Assembly: GCA_964549915.1 (NCBI GenBank)
Contig: CAZJWX010000004.1
Coordinates: forward strand, 63,181 to 127,180
DNA: 64,000 bases
DNA from: an uncultured Anaerolineaceae bacterium
GTDB lineage: Bacteria > Chloroflexota > Anaerolineae > Aggregatilineales > Phototrophicaceae
Direction of reading: 5' to 3'
Position numbers and translations under genes: made by a program. Below are positions 29,005-39,480 of this stretch, piece after piece. Under the pieces are notes generated by a model, which had not been told where the DNA came from, did not search any database, and worked only from the letters and a program-made list of their open reading frames with translations. Every line of letters starts with the position of its first letter. Position 1 is the first letter of the stretch.

Positions 29005-29844
29005 ATGGCAAGCATTACTACACGAGATGCTGTTGTCTCGCAAAAGCAGCACGGCACCGCAGCGACCAGCGGCAGGATGCCCTTCTGGCTGCAAGTCACT
29101 ACGATGACCTGGCGCAGCCTGCTGGTGACCTTCCGCACGCCATCTGCCATCCTTCCGCCGCTGATCCTGGGTGGTTTCTTCCTGGTGATCTATGAAGCGC
29201 AGTTGGGCAACGCTTCCGATTTCTTCCTGCGCGGCGTGGATTACATCAACTTCATCCTGCCCCTGTCGATTGTCAGTTCCGCCCTGAGTGGCGCAGGCGT
29301 GGCCGGGCAGAGCCTCGTACGCGACATTGAGAGCGGCTACTTCGACAAATTGATGCTGACGCCGGTCAGCCGCGCGGCGCTCATCCTGGGGCCAACCATT
29401 GCAGGCGCGGTCATCCTGGCGTTGCAATCGGCTTTCATTGTCACCGTCGGCCTCTTAATGGGATTGAATCCGGCGACGGGTGTGCTGGGGCTGCTCACAC
29501 TGATCAGTCTGGCGCTGCTGCTCGGCTTGAGCTTCGCGGGGTTCACCATCGGCATCGCTCTGCTGACGGGTAATGCCGCAGCGACACAGAGCGGCAACTT
29601 CCTGTTCTTCCCGCTGACCTTCCTGACGGCGACTTTCGTGCCGATTGAACTGCTTTCAGGGTGGATCAAAGTCGCCACCCAGGTGAATCCCATCACCTAC
29701 ATCCTGGATGCCATGCGCTCCCTGATGATCGACGGCTGGGATACCCAGAAATTGCTGATTGGGCTGGCGGCCTGCGGGATACTGGGGGCGATCACCTTCG
29801 CCTTCAGCCTCTACGGTCTGCGGGTGCGCACCAGTCGCAAGTGA
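29005..29844 (+). CDS. ABC-2 type transporter permease
   Basis: 279 aa with 6 TM helices, immediately downstream of the DrrA-like ATPase. Confidence 0.85.
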   Translation: MASITTRDAVVSQKQHGTAATSGRMPFWLQVTTMTWRSLLVTFRTPSAILPPLILGGFFLVIYEAQLGNASDFFLRGVDYINFILPLSIVSSALSGAGVAGQSLVRDIESGYFDKLMLTPVSRAALILGPTIAGAVILALQSAFIVTVGLLMGLNPATGVLGLLTLISLALLLGLSFAGFTIGIALLTGNAAATQSGNFLFFPLTFLTATFVPIELLSGWIKVATQVNPITYILDAMRSLMIDGWDTQKLLIGLAACGILGAITFAFSLYGLRVRTSRK

Positions 29845-29943
29845 GATCGCAGCAGCAGAACAACGAGAACCTGGTGTATGATGACGAGGGGAACGGTGTG
29901 ATCTCCTCGTCTTTGCGTTTCATAGAAGGGTGTTGTTGCAGAT

Positions 29944-30375
29944 ATGGATCACGAATTCATTATGGATTGTGTCGTCCCGCGCCGGATCAAATTATTCTGG
30001 ATCGGCCTGGGACTCGTGGTCGCGCTGTTGATCTTCTGGCTCCAGCGCGAGAACTGGCTGCTATGGGGGCTGGTAGGCTATATGTCACTGCGCGTACCGC
30101 TTTATTCGCCGGATGTGTACGTCTACAGTGATGGCGTGGAAGTGAATCGCTTCGGCTTCAAAAATTTCCTGCACTGGACGGACATCCGGGGCGTGCGCGT
30201 CAGCAAGCTCAACAGTCAAATCTTCCCCAGCGGCATCCCCAATTGGGTCGGCTGGCTCTTCTACGATTTCCTGCTGATCAATTTCTGGCGCACGAATTAC
30301 AAAGAGGCAATGGACTACATCGCAGAGCACGTGGACACCACGCAGCAATTGCAGCAAGGGCGAGTCTATCGCTAG
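29944..30375 (+). CDS. Hypothetical membrane protein (two N-terminal TM helices plus a small soluble domain)
   Basis: 143 aa with coding-like composition. I recognise no family. Confidence 0.45.
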   Translation: MDHEFIMDCVVPRRIKLFWIGLGLVVALLIFWLQRENWLLWGLVGYMSLRVPLYSPDVYVYSDGVEVNRFGFKNFLHWTDIRGVRVSKLNSQIFPSGIPNWVGWLFYDFLLINFWRTNYKEAMDYIAEHVDTTQQLQQGRVYR

Positions 30376-30475
30376 GGGTATCTCATACGGAGACACCCCT
30401 AGCCCACGAGAAACCTGCCTAACCACTGCCATTGAAATGGCGTGGCTTGCGGCGGGTTCAAAATCTGTCACTGGA

Positions 30476-31861
30476 TTAGTCGTCGGGATTGACCTGAATA
30501 GGCGTTGGTGACGGAGTTTGTGCCTGGATGGTCGCCGTCGCTGCAATGTCCGTGTAGTCTTCGGTGATCGTGACATTGCCCAGACCACGCACCACTGTCA
30601 CCCAGGTCTGCCCCGGCTTCATCTTGATCGGCGTATTGTCGCCATAGATGATCTGCAAGGCGCTGCCCGGTTCGCGATCCCGACGACGCCAATACCCCTG
30701 GTAGAGCTGTCCGTCGCGCAGCAAATACGCGAAGCCCTGATCCCATAATTCGATCCCTAGCGAACTGTAATTGGCTCCCGGCGGGAACAAATCCGGGCGC
30801 TCTACGTGGGGTGCTTCGATGAATACCAGATTCTCAACCCCGACCTGTTCGCCATTGCCGGCATCCAGGTGCGGCACACCATCGGTATAACGCAGGTACG
30901 TGCCACTTGCCGGATCGTACTGCCAGCGCGACTCTGTGGGGCCATACCAGAACACCCCCGCATCATTGGCAGGCGTACCGTTCGGTGGCACGTCCTCGCC
31001 AAAGGCGAAGCCGAATGCGATATAGCCCGTATTCGTGCCCTGGTTATCCGCCACTTCCCACATCAACTGCGTGTTGCCGAAGAGCGTGTGCTCACGCGCA
31101 ACGCCAGCTTCGCGCAGGGAAGTATCGCGGCAGAAGACGACCACATTGCAGTTATTCGTCGGGTCTTCCGGATGCCCAACCGAAGGCGAAATCAACTGAA
31201 ACTCGAAGAATTCTTCGCCGAGCAATAGCTGCTGAATCGGCTCACTGGTGCCAGAATACGTCAACAGGGCACGATACATCGTCACCAGTTCCATATCCAT
31301 CAGGCGGGCGCTGCGGATCGAGCCGACTCGTTCCGGGGCTTCGCTGCGGAAGATCGCCGCAAAGCGGGTGACGCCACCCTCCGCCTCGTATTCATAGATC
31401 ACATCCGCCGCATTGAGGCCATACTGCGGGCGCACCACAGGCGGATAGTTCGAAATCTTCACGATCAAGTTACGCCGTGCTTGCGCTTCTTCGTTCGGAT
31501 ACGGCAGCCCGGTCAGGGGATTGATGCCCTGTGGATAGCTAAAGGGGCCGATTGGTGTCGGGGTCGGCGTGGGCGTATTGGTAGGCGTGTTGGATGCCGT
31601 CGGCGTGGGCGTATTCGTCGGCGTCTGGGTTGCGGTAGCCGTATGAGTCGGGGTATTCGTCGGCGTCGCGGTTGGGCCGCTGGGCGTGTTGGTCGCAAAC
31701 CCAAAACCACTCCCTGGCAGTGCGTCCGTCCCGGCGGGCGGCTGCTCCCCGCTGCCATCCGGCGTATTCGTGGCGAATTGTCCCTGGGCGTGTTGCGGCG
31801 CAGCAACCAGAGCGACGGTCAGCAGCAGCACGATGGAGAGCAAGCTCAATATGCGGTGCAT
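30476..31861 (-). CDS. DUF3048 (YerB-like) secreted protein with a PT-rich linker
   Basis: ATG at 31861 (RBS GAGGAA). Signal peptide, PT-rich linker, then INPLTGLP...KISNYPPVVRPQYGLNAADVIYEYEAEGGVTRFAAIF, which matches the DUF3048 core. Confidence 0.8.
   Translation of the reverse strand: MHRILSLLSIVLLLTVALVAAPQHAQGQFATNTPDGSGEQPPAGTDALPGSGFGFATNTPSGPTATPTNTPTHTATATQTPTNTPTPTASNTPTNTPTPTPTPIGPFSYPQGINPLTGLPYPNEEAQARRNLIVKISNYPPVVRPQYGLNAADVIYEYEAEGGVTRFAAIFRSEAPERVGSIRSARLMDMELVTMYRALLTYSGTSEPIQQLLLGEEFFEFQLISPSVGHPEDPTNNCNVVVFCRDTSLREAGVAREHTLFGNTQLMWEVADNQGTNTGYIAFGFAFGEDVPPNGTPANDAGVFWYGPTESRWQYDPASGTYLRYTDGVPHLDAGNGEQVGVENLVFIEAPHVERPDLFPPGANYSSLGIELWDQGFAYLLRDGQLYQGYWRRRDREPGSALQIIYGDNTPIKMKPGQTWVTVVRGLGNVTITEDYTDIAATATIQAQTPSPTPIQVNPDD
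31553..31693 (-). repeat. Low-complexity coding repeat (Pro/Thr linker TNTPTPT...)
   Basis: Reiterated GGCGT(G/C)GG(C/T)GTATT(G/C)GT units, which encode PTATPTNTPTHTATATQTPTNTPTPTASNTPTNTPTPTPTP. Confidence 0.6.
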
Positions 31862-32033
31862 CAGTTCCTCGTTTGCAATCGTAACGGCAGTATCGCGTTT
31901 TAGCAGCGCATGAGTATACGAGCGCCCTACCGACTTGCACAGGGGCATGTTGGCACACGCAGACTATAATAGGGCTATCGTCGGACTCACCTGACGTGAG
32001 CAACTAGAACCGCTGCAAATTGGAGCAACCCAG

Positions 32034-32918
32034 ATGGCAAAGCGCCGTTTATTGATTTCCTATGCCCATCCTGATGACGAGAGCTTCGGCAATGGCGGCC
32101 TGATCGCCAAATATGTCGCTGAAGGGGTCGATGTCTACCTGATCTGTGCGACGGATGGTGATGCGGGTACCATCCCGGAAGAGATGCAAGACCAGTACGA
32201 GACCGTGCGGGAACTGCGCCTGGCGGAACTGGACTGCGCCGCACAGACGCTCGGTCTGACGCGAGTGTACAAATTCGGCTATCACGACAGCGGCATGATG
32301 CAAAATGACCAGAAAGACCAGCCCGATGCGCTCTGGTATAACTGGCAGCACAAACCAGATGAGGTTTTGCGCAAAGTTGTGGATGTCATCCGCGAAGTGA
32401 AGCCGCATGTCGTGCTGACTTTCGACCGCTACGGCGGCTATGGACACCCGGATCACATTGCCATTCAGCAGGCGACGACCCGGGCTTTCGAGTTGGCGGG
32501 GGATGACAGCTACGTCACGGAGCAACCGCCCTACCAACCGCAGAAACTCTATTATTCGGGCATTCCCGCGGCCATGCTGCGGATCGGGTTATGGTGGCTG
32601 AAGCTGCGTGGCAAAGATGTGCGACGGATGGGCGTCAACAAAGACATCGATTTCCAGGCCATCGTAGATCACATCGAACCGAAACATGCCAGCGTAGATA
32701 TTTCGGATTATCTGGATGCCTGGGACGAAGCCTCTGCCTGCCACAAGAGCCAGGGCGGCGGACGAATCCATACGATGCCGAACTGGCTGCGCCGCATACT
32801 TTCCGGCAGGCAGGGCTTTACGCGCATTTTCCCGGAACCGCCGCGCGATGTCGTGGACGAGCATGATTTATTCGCTGGCGTCACGCTCGCAGAAGAGGAG
32901 CCGGAGCCAGTGGCATGA
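32034..32918 (+). CDS. PIG-L/LmbE family deacetylase
   Basis: ISYAHPDDESFGNGG and GYGHPDHIA metal-binding motifs. Confidence 0.85.
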   Translation: MAKRRLLISYAHPDDESFGNGGLIAKYVAEGVDVYLICATDGDAGTIPEEMQDQYETVRELRLAELDCAAQTLGLTRVYKFGYHDSGMMQNDQKDQPDALWYNWQHKPDEVLRKVVDVIREVKPHVVLTFDRYGGYGHPDHIAIQQATTRAFELAGDDSYVTEQPPYQPQKLYYSGIPAAMLRIGLWWLKLRGKDVRRMGVNKDIDFQAIVDHIEPKHASVDISDYLDAWDEASACHKSQGGGRIHTMPNWLRRILSGRQGFTRIFPEPPRDVVDEHDLFAGVTLAEEEPEPVA

Positions 32919-33316
32919 GCGCCCAAACCCAGGACGAAGGTGCGCCGCCCGTTGAGCGCTTGCTGGATGCCATTGATTTGATCGAGGCGGGTCGCAAAGC
33001 GGAAGCCCGCCCGATCTTACGTGGTTTGATCCGCGAGAACAGCGATTTTGAAGATGCGTGGCTCTGGATGAGCGTCGCCGTTGACTCGGTGGATCAGAGC
33101 ATTGTCAGCCTCGAAAACGTCCTGCGCATCAACCCCAGCAACACCCGCGCTGCCGAAGCGCTCTATCGGCTGCGTCAGCGCGACTTACTCAGTGAACGAC
33201 GCCGCAGCCGCCTGGAATTCATCCGCGATACGGCTCGTGCGCTCTTCTGGCTGGTGGTGATGACGCTGCTCTTCGCCGTGCTGTTCACCTCGTTATTCGA
33301 AATGAGTGCCGTTTGA
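32915..33316 (+). CDS. TPR-like protein with a C-terminal TM anchor
   Basis: 133 aa with an ATGA overlap with the PIG-L gene. DFEDAWLWMSVAV...LRINPSNTRAAEALYRL, then hydrophobic tail ALFWLVVMTLLFAVLF. Confidence 0.55.
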   Translation: MSAQTQDEGAPPVERLLDAIDLIEAGRKAEARPILRGLIRENSDFEDAWLWMSVAVDSVDQSIVSLENVLRINPSNTRAAEALYRLRQRDLLSERRRSRLEFIRDTARALFWLVVMTLLFAVLFTSLFEMSAV

Positions 33317-35551
33317 AGCCTGACCTACGCCGTTTGCGCGCAAGGTGCGCACCACGTTTTCCGGCGTCAACGGAATCTTATCGAACCAGACACCTGTCGC
33401 ATCATAAAGCGCGGCGGCAATCGCACCCGCCAGCGGGATCATGGGCATCTCCGCCATACCGCGTGCCCCCCAGGGGCCTTGTGGATCGGGAACTTCCAGA
33501 ATGACCGAATCGACTTTCGCCGGAATATCCATGATTCCCGGAATCAAGTACGTGCTCAAGCGCGGATTGAGGATGAAACCATCCTTAAGCTGTAAATTCT
33601 CCGTCACGGCATACCCGTAGGCCTGGATCACACCACCTTCGATTTGGCCTTCGACCAACTGCGGATTGATGGCCTTGCCCACATCATCTGCACAGACCAC
33701 CCGCTCGACGAAGATGTGCCCGGTCTCGATATCGACGGAAAGCTCCACCGACTGCGCCACGTAGCCGTAGGTGATGTTGGCATCCCCCTTGCCCGTTTCC
33801 GGGTCAATCATCTCGGTCGCACGCGGCGTGAAACGCATCTCGCCCACTGCCGGACGGTTCTCGTTACGCCACGCTTCCAGGGCACGATCCGCCGCTCCCA
33901 GTATGGCGTTACCTGCCATAAAAGTCAGGCGGGAAGCCGAGGCCGAGCCGGAGTCCCCCGTGTAAGCCGTATCCGAGACGAACATCTCCACGCGCTCGTA
34001 GTCGACTCCCAGGGCTTCCGCCGCCATCTGCCGGAACGCTGTATGCGCCCCCTGCCCGACATCCGCACCAGAATGATAGACCACTGCACGTTCGATTTCA
34101 GCCGCGCCATGCAGTTCAATTCGAGCTTCGCAGCGCTCATCAAAGCCGAAAGAATAGCCGATATTCTTGAATCCGCAGGCCATCCCACGACCACGCCGGA
34201 TGCTGGTCGCAGAACCCGGCAGCGTCTGAAACGACTTGAAAGGCCCCGCTGCGGCCAGCGGTTCCTGCCACTGGCTGGCTTCGGCACAGGCTTCGATCAC
34301 CTGCGGCATACTGACACCAGCCGGAAGCACCGCCATCGAGAGCGCCTCACTGCCTTCGCGAAAACAGTTCTTCAGGCGAATTTCGACCGGATCCATGTTC
34401 AGCGCGGCAGCGAGCTTATTCATCTGGCTCTCTGCGACGAAGGCTCCCTGCGGCGCACCGAACCCCCGGAAAGCTCCTCCCGGAACGGTTGTCGTGTACA
34501 GCGCGTGACTATCGACGCGGGCATTGGGCACTTCGTAGGGGCCAGCAACCGTCAGATGCAAATTGCCCAGCACCTTGTTGCTGGTGTAGTTGTAAGCGCC
34601 GCCATCCAGGTAAGCATCGGCTTCCACAGCGACGATTTTGCCATCTTTCGTAGCCCCCCAGCGCGTTTCGACGATAGCACGGTGCCGCTTGTGATGCCCG
34701 ACGATGCTCTCTTCCCGCGACCACTGCGACCGAATCGGGCGCGTCTCTCCGCGTTCGTGCAATTTCCAGGCTGCAAGGGCCATCACAATCTGCATGGACA
34801 TATCTTCGCGCCCACCGAAGGCACCGCCGATAGCCGGGTAGATCACGCGAATCCTGTCGTCGGGCAAATCCAGCGCATGACCGATCTGCCACAGGTCTTC
34901 GTGCGTCCACTGCCCGGCAATCTCAATCGTCACGCGGCCTTCGGCATCCACATAGCTGACGGCGGCCTCCGGCTGTAAATAGGCGTGTTCCTGGTGCGGG
35001 ACTTCATAGCGCCCTTCGATGATGACCTCTGCGTCACGCCAACCCGCGTCCATATCCCCCTTGCGGATGACGTAATGTTTGATGGTGTTGGTTCCGTTTT
35101 CGGGATGCACCAGCACCTCATCTTCCAGGGCTGCGTAGACATCATCAACCAGGGGCAGCGGCTCCCATTCGATTTCGATGCATTCCGCCGCTCGTTGGGC
35201 AGCATCCGGCGTTTCCGCGACGACTAACGCAACCTGATCGCCTTCCCAGCGGCTGACATCCGCCGGAACTTTGCTGCGCCCCGTATCATTCAGTCCGATC
35301 ATCACGGGCTGGTCGTACATGGTCAGGCCATATTCATTGACCGGAACATCCTGCGCGGTGAAGATCGCCACCACACCCGGAATCGCTTCCGCCGCAGATA
35401 AATCCATGCTGCGCATACGGGCGTGCGGCTGACCGCTGAAGACGATTTTCGCATGTAGATAGTCCGTGCGCTGAACATCGCCGGGATAGAGCGTCTCTCC
35501 GGTCACCTTACCGGGTGCATCCACCCTGAACTTCGATTCACCGATTGTCAT
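33293..35551 (-). CDS. Xanthine dehydrogenase family molybdopterin-binding (large) subunit
   Basis: 752 aa. GGAFGGRED, FRGFGAPQGAFVAESQ and WGARGMAEMPMIP (catalytic Glu region). Confidence 0.9.
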   Translation of the reverse strand: MTIGESKFRVDAPGKVTGETLYPGDVQRTDYLHAKIVFSGQPHARMRSMDLSAAEAIPGVVAIFTAQDVPVNEYGLTMYDQPVMIGLNDTGRSKVPADVSRWEGDQVALVVAETPDAAQRAAECIEIEWEPLPLVDDVYAALEDEVLVHPENGTNTIKHYVIRKGDMDAGWRDAEVIIEGRYEVPHQEHAYLQPEAAVSYVDAEGRVTIEIAGQWTHEDLWQIGHALDLPDDRIRVIYPAIGGAFGGREDMSMQIVMALAAWKLHERGETRPIRSQWSREESIVGHHKRHRAIVETRWGATKDGKIVAVEADAYLDGGAYNYTSNKVLGNLHLTVAGPYEVPNARVDSHALYTTTVPGGAFRGFGAPQGAFVAESQMNKLAAALNMDPVEIRLKNCFREGSEALSMAVLPAGVSMPQVIEACAEASQWQEPLAAAGPFKSFQTLPGSATSIRRGRGMACGFKNIGYSFGFDERCEARIELHGAAEIERAVVYHSGADVGQGAHTAFRQMAAEALGVDYERVEMFVSDTAYTGDSGSASASRLTFMAGNAILGAADRALEAWRNENRPAVGEMRFTPRATEMIDPETGKGDANITYGYVAQSVELSVDIETGHIFVERVVCADDVGKAINPQLVEGQIEGGVIQAYGYAVTENLQLKDGFILNPRLSTYLIPGIMDIPAKVDSVILEVPDPQGPWGARGMAEMPMIPLAGAIAAALYDATGVWFDKIPLTPENVVRTLRANGVGQASNGTHFE

Positions 35552-35565
35552 CGTCGTCTACCCCA

Positions 35566-37056
35566 TCACCCCTTCTGATTCTTCTTGCTTACAGCGGCCT
35601 GATCGACAGCCGCCATGATCTTGTAGTAACCCGTGCAACGGCAGAGATTCCCGCTGAAGGCCTGCCGCACCTGCTCCGGAGACGGTGCCTCGTTCTCTTC
35701 CAGCAACTTGGCGCCGGACATCAGGAATCCGGGGATGCAGAAGCCACACTGCACAGCCCCCTGCTCGATGAAGGCTTGTTGCAGCGGGTGCAAATCTCCG
35801 TTCGCCAGCCCCTCAATGGTCACAATTTCCGCGCCGTGTGCCCGCGCCGAAGGAACCAGGCAAGACATCACCGCCATGCCATCGAGATAGACCGTACAAG
35901 CACCGCATTCGCCCTCAGCGCAGCCTTCCTTGGTGCCCGTCAATTGCCCCTGACCCAATACAGGCGATGCCTCATCGCGCAGCCAATCAAGCAGCGTTTT
36001 GTGAACACTGGCGGGAGCCGATAGTGCCCTACCATTGATTGTCGTCTGGATGGTCGCGCCGTCTTCATGCACGGCAGCGTACTCCCTGCCTGTGGGGAAT
36101 TTCCCATCTGGCACGCTGCCCCAGAGCAGCACCGGATTCTGCGGCCATTCCGCCGCCTGCTGATTCTCGCGCAGGGCAGCCAAACCACGCTGCACCATGA
36201 CGCGCACCATCTCCCGCCGATACTCCGCAGACCCGCGCAGATCATCAATCGGAGCAACAGAGTCCATCGCCAATCGAGCGGCCTCGGCGATTTCCGCCTC
36301 CGTCAGCGTCTTTCCTACCAGATATTCTTCTGCAACCGGAGAAGCCACAATCGTCGGGGCGACGCTTCCTTGCGCAATGCTGGCAGACGTCACAGTGTCG
36401 CCATCGAAGCTCAGAACCAGCGTGATATGCACCACTGAAATTGCCTGCGCCCGACGCAAACCGAGCTTCACGAAGAGACCGCGTTGATTGGCATTCATCG
36501 CCGGAAAACGGATCGCGGTCAGCATTTCGTCTGGCTCCATCACCGTGTTGCGAACGCCCGTGTAGAAGGCATCCAGCGGCACATGACGTTCCCCACGATC
36601 CGCTGAAACCAGAGTCACCGTCGCGCCCATCGCCGCCAGTGGCGAAATGGTATCGTTGGCGGGGCTGGCGGTAATCAGATTCCCGGCGATGGTGGCCCGG
36701 TTACGAAGCTGCGGCGAACCGACTTCCCAACAAGCCTGCGCCAGGGGCAGCGCCCGCTCTTGCAGCAATCGGGAAGCGACGACCTGGTTGTGCGTCACCA
36801 GCGGCCCCAGGCGAATCGTGCCATCGTCCTCCTGAGTAATTTCAGCGAGGCCGGGGATGCGCGTGACATCAATCAACACTTCTACGCCAGGCCGCCCACG
36901 TCGCTCCAGTTCGAGCAGAATATCGGTGCCGCCCGCCACAATCCGCGCCGCCGCGCCATACTGTTTGAGCAGGGCCAGCGTATCATCTACCGTTGTCGGT
37001 GTCTCATAGCGCCGGATATGCTGCCCGGCGAGTTGTACTTCATGCATGATCTTCAT
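35566..37056 (-). CDS. Fused FAD-binding (CoxM/XdhB-like, N-terminal) and [2Fe-2S] (CoxS-like, C-terminal) subunit of a molybdenum hydroxylase
   Basis: 496 aa. N-terminal AGGTDILLE and ATIAGNL. C-terminal [24 protein letters not shown] and LCRCTGY. Confidence 0.85.
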   Translation of the reverse strand: MKIMHEVQLAGQHIRRYETPTTVDDTLALLKQYGAAARIVAGGTDILLELERRGRPGVEVLIDVTRIPGLAEITQEDDGTIRLGPLVTHNQVVASRLLQERALPLAQACWEVGSPQLRNRATIAGNLITASPANDTISPLAAMGATVTLVSADRGERHVPLDAFYTGVRNTVMEPDEMLTAIRFPAMNANQRGLFVKLGLRRAQAISVVHITLVLSFDGDTVTSASIAQGSVAPTIVASPVAEEYLVGKTLTEAEIAEAARLAMDSVAPIDDLRGSAEYRREMVRVMVQRGLAALRENQQAAEWPQNPVLLWGSVPDGKFPTGREYAAVHEDGATIQTTINGRALSAPASVHKTLLDWLRDEASPVLGQGQLTGTKEGCAEGECGACTVYLDGMAVMSCLVPSARAHGAEIVTIEGLANGDLHPLQQAFIEQGAVQCGFCIPGFLMSGAKLLEENEAPSPEQVRQAFSGNLCRCTGYYKIMAAVDQAAVSKKNQKG

Positions 37057-38416
37057 TCCTCACTGCTCGTCTTACATACCGTCCACGTCCAGGTGTACCA
37101 GTAAATTCGTCATTTTCGACGATGATCTCGCCCCGGCTGATGGTCACCGCCGGCCAGCCCGTGAGCTGCAACCCATCGTATAGAGTCCAATCGACGTTCT
37201 CGTGCAGTGCCTCCGACGAGAGTGTCTGCGCCTTCTGCGGGTCAAAGATCACAATGTCCGCATCGTATCCGGGTGCGATCACGCCTTTTCGGGTGAATCC
37301 CGCCAGGGCAGCCGGGCGCGTACAGCACAAATCCACCCACTGCGCGAGCGTCAGCACGCCACGACGAACGCCATCATACACCCCGGCGAGACGCATTTCG
37401 ATAGAAGGCACCCCACCCGGAATCTGACTGAAGTCGTCCAGTCCACGCGCCTTGTCGTCGCGCACGAAGGGGCAATGATCCGTTGTAACGATTTGCAGGT
37501 CGCCCCGCCGCAGCGCCTGCCAGAGGGCATCCTGCTGCGCCTGCTCACGAATCGGCGGCGCACACACGGGAAGTGCTCCCTCTACCCCCGCTTTTTCGAA
37601 TGCATCCCACGTCTTGAAGAGATACTGCGGACAGGTCTCGCCCGTGATGGGCAAAGCCCTGGCCCGCGCACGCTGGATGCGCTCCACGACTTCCTCACAA
37701 GATACATGGAAGATGTGTACGGGGGTCCCGATCAGTTCTGCCATGTCGATCACTCGTCCGGCAGCTTCGCCCTCCATGACGGCGGGACGGCTACGTGGAT
37801 GCCAGCGGGGGGAGGTATTCCCGGCGGCGAGATTCTGGGCAATCAACGTCTGAATGACATCCCAATTTTCAGCATGCACGACGGGGAGCAATCTGTGTGC
37901 ATGTGCGGCTTGTAATGCGCGGAAAAGCTGGTCATCGGTCAGGCGAAAGCCATAGGCCATATACAGCTTGACCGTGCTGATGCCTGCCTCGACGACCTGC
38001 GGCAATTCATGGAGCTTGTGGAGTTCCGGCGGGCTGATCGTCATATGCAGGCCATAATCAATGACCACCTGCGGATCAGCCTCAGCGCGGCGTTTCGCCA
38101 GCGCATCCAACATGGTTTCGTCCGGCTCTGCCGCGACGAAATCCACAATGCTGGTCGTACCGCCAAACGCCGCTGCCCGCGTCCCGCTGAAGAACGTATC
38201 GGCGGACGTGACCCCACCGGGGAGCGGCATTTGCATATGCACATGAATATCAACACCGCCGGGGATGACGTATTGTCCGACGGCATCCAATTCGCGCTGG
38301 CCTCGCAAGCCCGTTCCCAGGGCGGCGATGGTCTCGCCCTGCACCGCCACATCTGCCTGAAAAACCGCCCCGGCAGTGGCTACGATGCCATTTTTGATCA
38401 CGAGATCGTAGGACAT
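37040..38416 (-). CDS. Dihydropyrimidinase / D-hydantoinase family cyclic amidohydrolase (HyuA-like)
   Basis: 458 aa. [28 protein letters not shown] (carbamylated Lys region) and TDHCPF. Confidence 0.85.
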   Translation of the reverse strand: MSYDLVIKNGIVATAGAVFQADVAVQGETIAALGTGLRGQRELDAVGQYVIPGGVDIHVHMQMPLPGGVTSADTFFSGTRAAAFGGTTSIVDFVAAEPDETMLDALAKRRAEADPQVVIDYGLHMTISPPELHKLHELPQVVEAGISTVKLYMAYGFRLTDDQLFRALQAAHAHRLLPVVHAENWDVIQTLIAQNLAAGNTSPRWHPRSRPAVMEGEAAGRVIDMAELIGTPVHIFHVSCEEVVERIQRARARALPITGETCPQYLFKTWDAFEKAGVEGALPVCAPPIREQAQQDALWQALRRGDLQIVTTDHCPFVRDDKARGLDDFSQIPGGVPSIEMRLAGVYDGVRRGVLTLAQWVDLCCTRPAALAGFTRKGVIAPGYDADIVIFDPQKAQTLSSEALHENVDWTLYDGLQLTGWPAVTISRGEIIVENDEFTGTPGRGRYVRRAVRNEDHA

Positions 38417-38420
38417 TACC

Positions 38421-39428
38421 CTAGCTGCTGTAGCCCTCGCTGAAAATGTCGATCATCAAGCGCGGATCGCCCAACGGATAGAGGATCGGGCAGGTTGCGC
38501 CATTGTCCATGTATTCGCGCACCTTGGCCTTGACCTCTTCCGGCGAGCCGCTGGCCGTACACATCTGCACCACGTCATCCGGGACGAGGTGCATGGCGTT
38601 CTCAATTTCTTCGTCGGTGGCTGGCCAGGTCAGCACCTCATGAATTTCATCCAGCAATTCCTGGCTGACACCGCTGGCCTTCATGAGGTGCGGCTGCTGC
38701 CCCAGGTACTGCGTCATCATCTTGCGTGCGCCGTCCAGCGCCTTCTTTCGATCATTATCTACCGAGCAAATCACCAACTGTGGGCGGTCAATTTCGTCAA
38801 TGCTGCGCCCGGCTTTCTTCGCGCCCTTCTCCAGCGCATCCATCGCCCGCAGGTTGTAATCCGGATGCACAAGGTAATTCAGCACGACGCCATCGGCGAT
38901 TTCACCCGTGAGTTCCATCATCTTCATGCCCGTCGCTCCAATGTAGATGGGCACATTACGCGGTGTGGTACGCCCATGTACGACATCCAACTGGATGCCA
39001 TCGACATGATGAAATTCGCCGTGATAGGTCACGTTTTCCATATTCAGCAATTTGCGCAGCACTTCCACCGTCTCGCGCATCGCTTTCAGCGGCTTTTTGC
39101 GCTCAATGCCGACTTTGGCTGCCAGCGGATCCCACCAGGCCCCAATGCCGCAGTAGATGCGGTCGGGTGCCAGGTCATCGAGCGTGAGGAAGGTCGCTGC
39201 CATCAGACCGATGTTGCGCGTCCAATTGTTGGTCACGCCGCTGCCTACTTTGATCTTGCTGGTGTGCGAAGCAAAGGCCGCCATCGGCACAATGGCATCG
39301 CGCACCAACCGGCTCTCCGCCTGCCAGACAGCTTCAAAGCCTTTTTCTTCGGCATATTTCACCAGTTCAATGCCCTCAGAAATCTCGTGGGCATCCTGCA
39401 AATAAAGTGCTACACGATCCTGTGCCAT
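38421..39428 (-). CDS. LLM class (luciferase-like) flavin/F420-dependent oxidoreductase
   Basis: 335 aa with TIM-barrel LLM pattern ([47 protein letters not shown]). Resembles Mer-like F420 enzymes. Confidence 0.8.
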   Translation of the reverse strand: MAQDRVALYLQDAHEISEGIELVKYAEEKGFEAVWQAESRLVRDAIVPMAAFASHTSKIKVGSGVTNNWTRNIGLMAATFLTLDDLAPDRIYCGIGAWWDPLAAKVGIERKKPLKAMRETVEVLRKLLNMENVTYHGEFHHVDGIQLDVVHGRTTPRNVPIYIGATGMKMMELTGEIADGVVLNYLVHPDYNLRAMDALEKGAKKAGRSIDEIDRPQLVICSVDNDRKKALDGARKMMTQYLGQQPHLMKASGVSQELLDEIHEVLTWPATDEEIENAMHLVPDDVVQMCTASGSPEEVKAKVREYMDNGATCPILYPLGDPRLMIDIFSEGYSS

Positions 39429-39480
39429 GTTCTCAATCCCCTATTCCCGTGTAGGGGCATGATATATCATGCCCCTACTA

